DNA of 64,000 nt, taken from assembly GCA_030390025.1 (NCBI GenBank), contig CM059433.1, positions 24,120,001 to 24,184,000 on the forward strand, in the 5' to 3' direction. Shown one piece after another: positions 60,910 to 64,000 of this stretch. Within the stretch, counting starts at the first letter, position 1. The number at the start of each line of letters is the position of its first letter. Source of the DNA: Squalus acanthias (taxonomy: Eukaryota). The position numbers and the translations under genes are program-made. Below the pieces are notes generated by a model. That model worked only from the letters and a program-made list of their open reading frames with translations. It did no database searches and was not told where the DNA came from.

Positions 60910-63688
60910 GTCATAGAATCATAGAAAGTTACAGCACGGAAGGAGGCCATTTCAGCCCATCGTGTCTGCACCGGCCAACAAAGAGCTTACCAGCCTAATC
61001 CCACTTCCCAGCTCTTGGTCCGTAGCCCTGCAGGTTACAGCATCTCAAGTGCACATCCAAGTACTTTTTAAATGTGGTTCGGGTTTCTGCCTCTACCACC
61101 CTTTCAGGCAGTGAGTTCCAGACCCCCACAACCCTCTGGGTGAAGAAATTTCCGCTCAAATCCCCTCTAAACCTTCCACCAATTACTTTAAATCTGTGCC
61201 CCTTGGTTTTTGACCCCTCTGCTAAGGGAAATAGGTCCTTTCTATCCACTTTATCTAGGCCCCTCATAATTTTATACACCTCAATAAGGTCTCCCCTCAG
61301 CCTCCTCTGTTCCAAGGAAAACAAACCCAGCCTATCCAGTCTTTCCTCATAGCTAAGATTCTCTACTCCCAGCAACATCCTTGTAAATCTCCTCTGTACC
61401 CTCTCTAGTGCAATCACATCTTTCCTGTAATGTGATGACCAGAACTGCATGAAGTACTCTTGCTGAGGCCTAACTAGTGTTTTATACAGTTGAAGCATAA
61501 CCCCCCTGCTCTTGTATTCTATGCCACGGCTAATAAAGGCAAGCATTCCGTATGCCTTCTTAACCACCTTATCTACCTGGCCTGCTACCTTCGGGGATCT
61601 GTGGACATGCACTCCAAGGTCCCTTTGTTCCTCTACACTACTCAGTGTCCTACCATTTAATGTGTATTCCCTTTCCTTGTTAGCCCTCCCCAAATGCATT
61701 ACCTCACACTTCTCCGGATTGAAGTCCATTTGCCACTGTTCTGCCCACCTGACCAATTTATTGATATCTTCCTGCAGTCTACAGCTTCCTTCTTCAGTAT
61801 CAACCACACAGCCGATTTTAGTATCATCTGCAAACTTCTTAATCATACCCCCTATATTCAAGTCTAGATCATTGATATATACCACAAAAAGCAAGGGACC
61901 TAGTACTGAGCCCTGCGGAACCCCACTGGAAACAGCCTTCCAGTCACAAAAACACCCATCAACCATTACCCTCTGCTTCCTGCCTCCGAGCCAGTTTTGA
62001 ATCCAACTTGACACTTTGCCCTGGATCCCATGGGCTTTTAACTTCGTGACCCGTCTGCCATGTGGAACCTTATCAAAAGCCTTGCTAAAGTCCATATACA
62101 CTACATCAAATGCACTACCCTCATCTACCCTCCTTGTTACCTCCTCAAAAAATTCAATCAAGTTTGTCAGACACAACCTTCCCTTAACAAATCCATGCTG
62201 ACTATCCTTGATTAATCCGTGTCTTTCTAAATGCAGATTTATCCTGTCCTTCAGAATTCTTTCCAATAATTTTCCCACCACCGAGGTTAGGCTGACTGGC
62301 CTGTAATTACTCGGTCTATCCTTTTCTCCCTTTTTAAACAAGGGTTCCACATTAGCAGTCCTCCAGTCCTCCGGCACCACACCTGAAGCCAGAGAGGATG
62401 GGAAAATGATGGTCAGGGCCTCTGCTATTTCCTCTTTTGCTTCGCTTAACAGCCTAGGATACATTTCATCCGTGCCTGGGGATTTATCCACTTTTAAAGC
62501 TGCTAAACCCCTTAATACTTCCTCTCTCACTATGTTTATTTCATCTAATATTTCACACTCCACCTCCCTGATAGCAATATCTGCTTCGCCCCTCTTCTTT
62601 GTGAAAGCAGACGCAAAGTATTCATTAAGAACCCTACTGACGTCTCCCGCCTCCACACACAGATTACCCTCATGATCTCTAATAGGCCCTACCCTTTCTT
62701 TAGTTATCCTCTTACTCTTAATATATTTATAAAACATCTTTGGGTTTTCCCTGATTTTACTTGGCAAGAATTTTTCATGTTCTCTCTTTGCTTTCCTAAT
62801 ATCCTTTTTAATTGCATCCCTGCACTTTCTGTACTCCTCTAAAGATTCTGCAGTATTTAGCCCTCGGTATCTGTCATAAGCCTCCCTTTTTTTCTTTATC
62901 CTACCCTGTATGTCCCTAGACATCCAGGGGGCTCTAGATTTGATAGTCCCACCTTTTTTCTTTAAGGGCACATATTTGGTCTGAACCCTCCGGATCTCCT
63001 CCTTGAATGCCTTCCACTGCTCTGAGACTGATTTACCTTCAAGTAGCTGTTTCCAGTCCACTATGGCTAAATCCCCTCTGAGCTTAGCAAAATTTGCTTT
63101 TCCCCAATTTAGAATTTTTATTCCTGGTCTATCCTTGTCCTTTTCCATAACTACCTTAAATCTAACAGAATTATGGTCACTAGCACCAAAATGCTCCCCC
63201 ACTGATATGCCTTCTACCTGCCCAGCTTCATTCCCTAAAACTAAGTCCAGACCGCCTCCTCCCTTGTTGGGCTTGCTACATACTGGCTAAAAAGGTTCTC
63301 CTGGATGCATTTTAGGAATTCCGCACCCTCTATACCCTTCACACTAATTTTATCCCAGTTAATATTGGGGTAGTTGAAATCCCCTACTATTACTGCCCTA
63401 TAGTTTTTGCACTTCTCAGAAATTTGTCCACATATTTGTTCTTCTATCCCCCGCTCACTGTTTGGGTGTCTGTAGTACACTCCCAGCAGTGTGATCACCC
63501 CTTTTTTGTTTTTCAATTCGACCCATATGGCCTCGTTTGATGATCCCTCCAACATATCATCCCTCCTCACAGCTGTAATAGTTTCTTTAATCAATACCGT
63601 GACTCCCCCTCCCTTTTCACCTCCCTCTCTATCCCATCTGAAAATCCTGTAACCAGGAATGTTGAGCTGCCATACCTGCCCCAGTCGA
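60910..63688 (-). mobile_element. young CR1 LINE ORF2 (APE region frameshifted; 735-aa open RT and C-terminal ORF 60995-63202)
   Basis: [46 protein letters not shown] and FADDTK motifs. ctatgatt tail at about 60910. Confidence 0.92.
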
Positions 63689-63800
63689 TGGCCGGAATTT
63701 TGCCGGCACTCAGGGGGCGGGTTTGGAGGCGGGACATCTGGCAAAATCGCAAAGATTGACAGAGGGCAGGAAACCCACTGTCAACCCGCCTCCAATCAAT
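63689..63800. mobile_element. short Harbinger family B terminal fragment
   Basis: ggccggaattttgccggcactcagggggcgggtttggaggcggg matches the 53936 terminus. Confidence 0.6.
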
Positions 63801-63804
63801 TTAA

Positions 63805-64000
63805 AAACAGACAGAGCTTCTACAGGTATATAAAAAGGAAGAAAGTAGCTAAAGTAAATGTTGGTCCCTTAGAGGATGAGACTGGGGAATTAATAATGGG
63901 AAATAGAGAAATGGCAGGGACTCTAAACAATTATTTTGGATCGGTCTTCATGGTAGAAGACACTAAAAACATCCCAATAATAATAGATAATCAAGGGGCT
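63805..64000 (+). mobile_element. CR1 ORF2 fragment running off the window
   Basis: SFYRYIKRKKVAKVNVGPLEDETGELIMGNREMAGTLNNYF. Confidence 0.8.

Overview
Eukaryotic, repeat-saturated, probably intronic or intergenic DNA. A cartilaginous fish is inferred from the mix of CR1 and L2 LINEs, a Deu-domain tRNA-SINE resembling shark SacSINE1, and Penelope-like elements. No host protein-coding gene could be identified with confidence. Contents: (1) deeply nested CR1, L2, RTE and Vingi LINE pieces; (2) an apparently intact pogo/Tigger DNA transposon (19815-22423) with perfect 24-bp TIRs, a TA TSD and a 590-aa DD32D transposase; (3) two two-gene PIF/Harbinger transposons (DDE transposase convergent with a 3-exon Myb/SANT gene), one with both ORFs intact but no clear right TIR, plus many non-autonomous derivatives and MITEs; (4) two families of short Penelope-derived insertions carrying minimal, dimer-type hammerhead ribozyme motifs (CUGACGA...GAAA with palindromic stem III), whose copies repeatedly truncate or fold back at the ribozyme; (5) a G-rich minisatellite and a (TCC)n expansion. 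The hammerhead mini-elements, the immobilised but coding-intact Harbinger pair and the pristine Tigger are the most notable observations.
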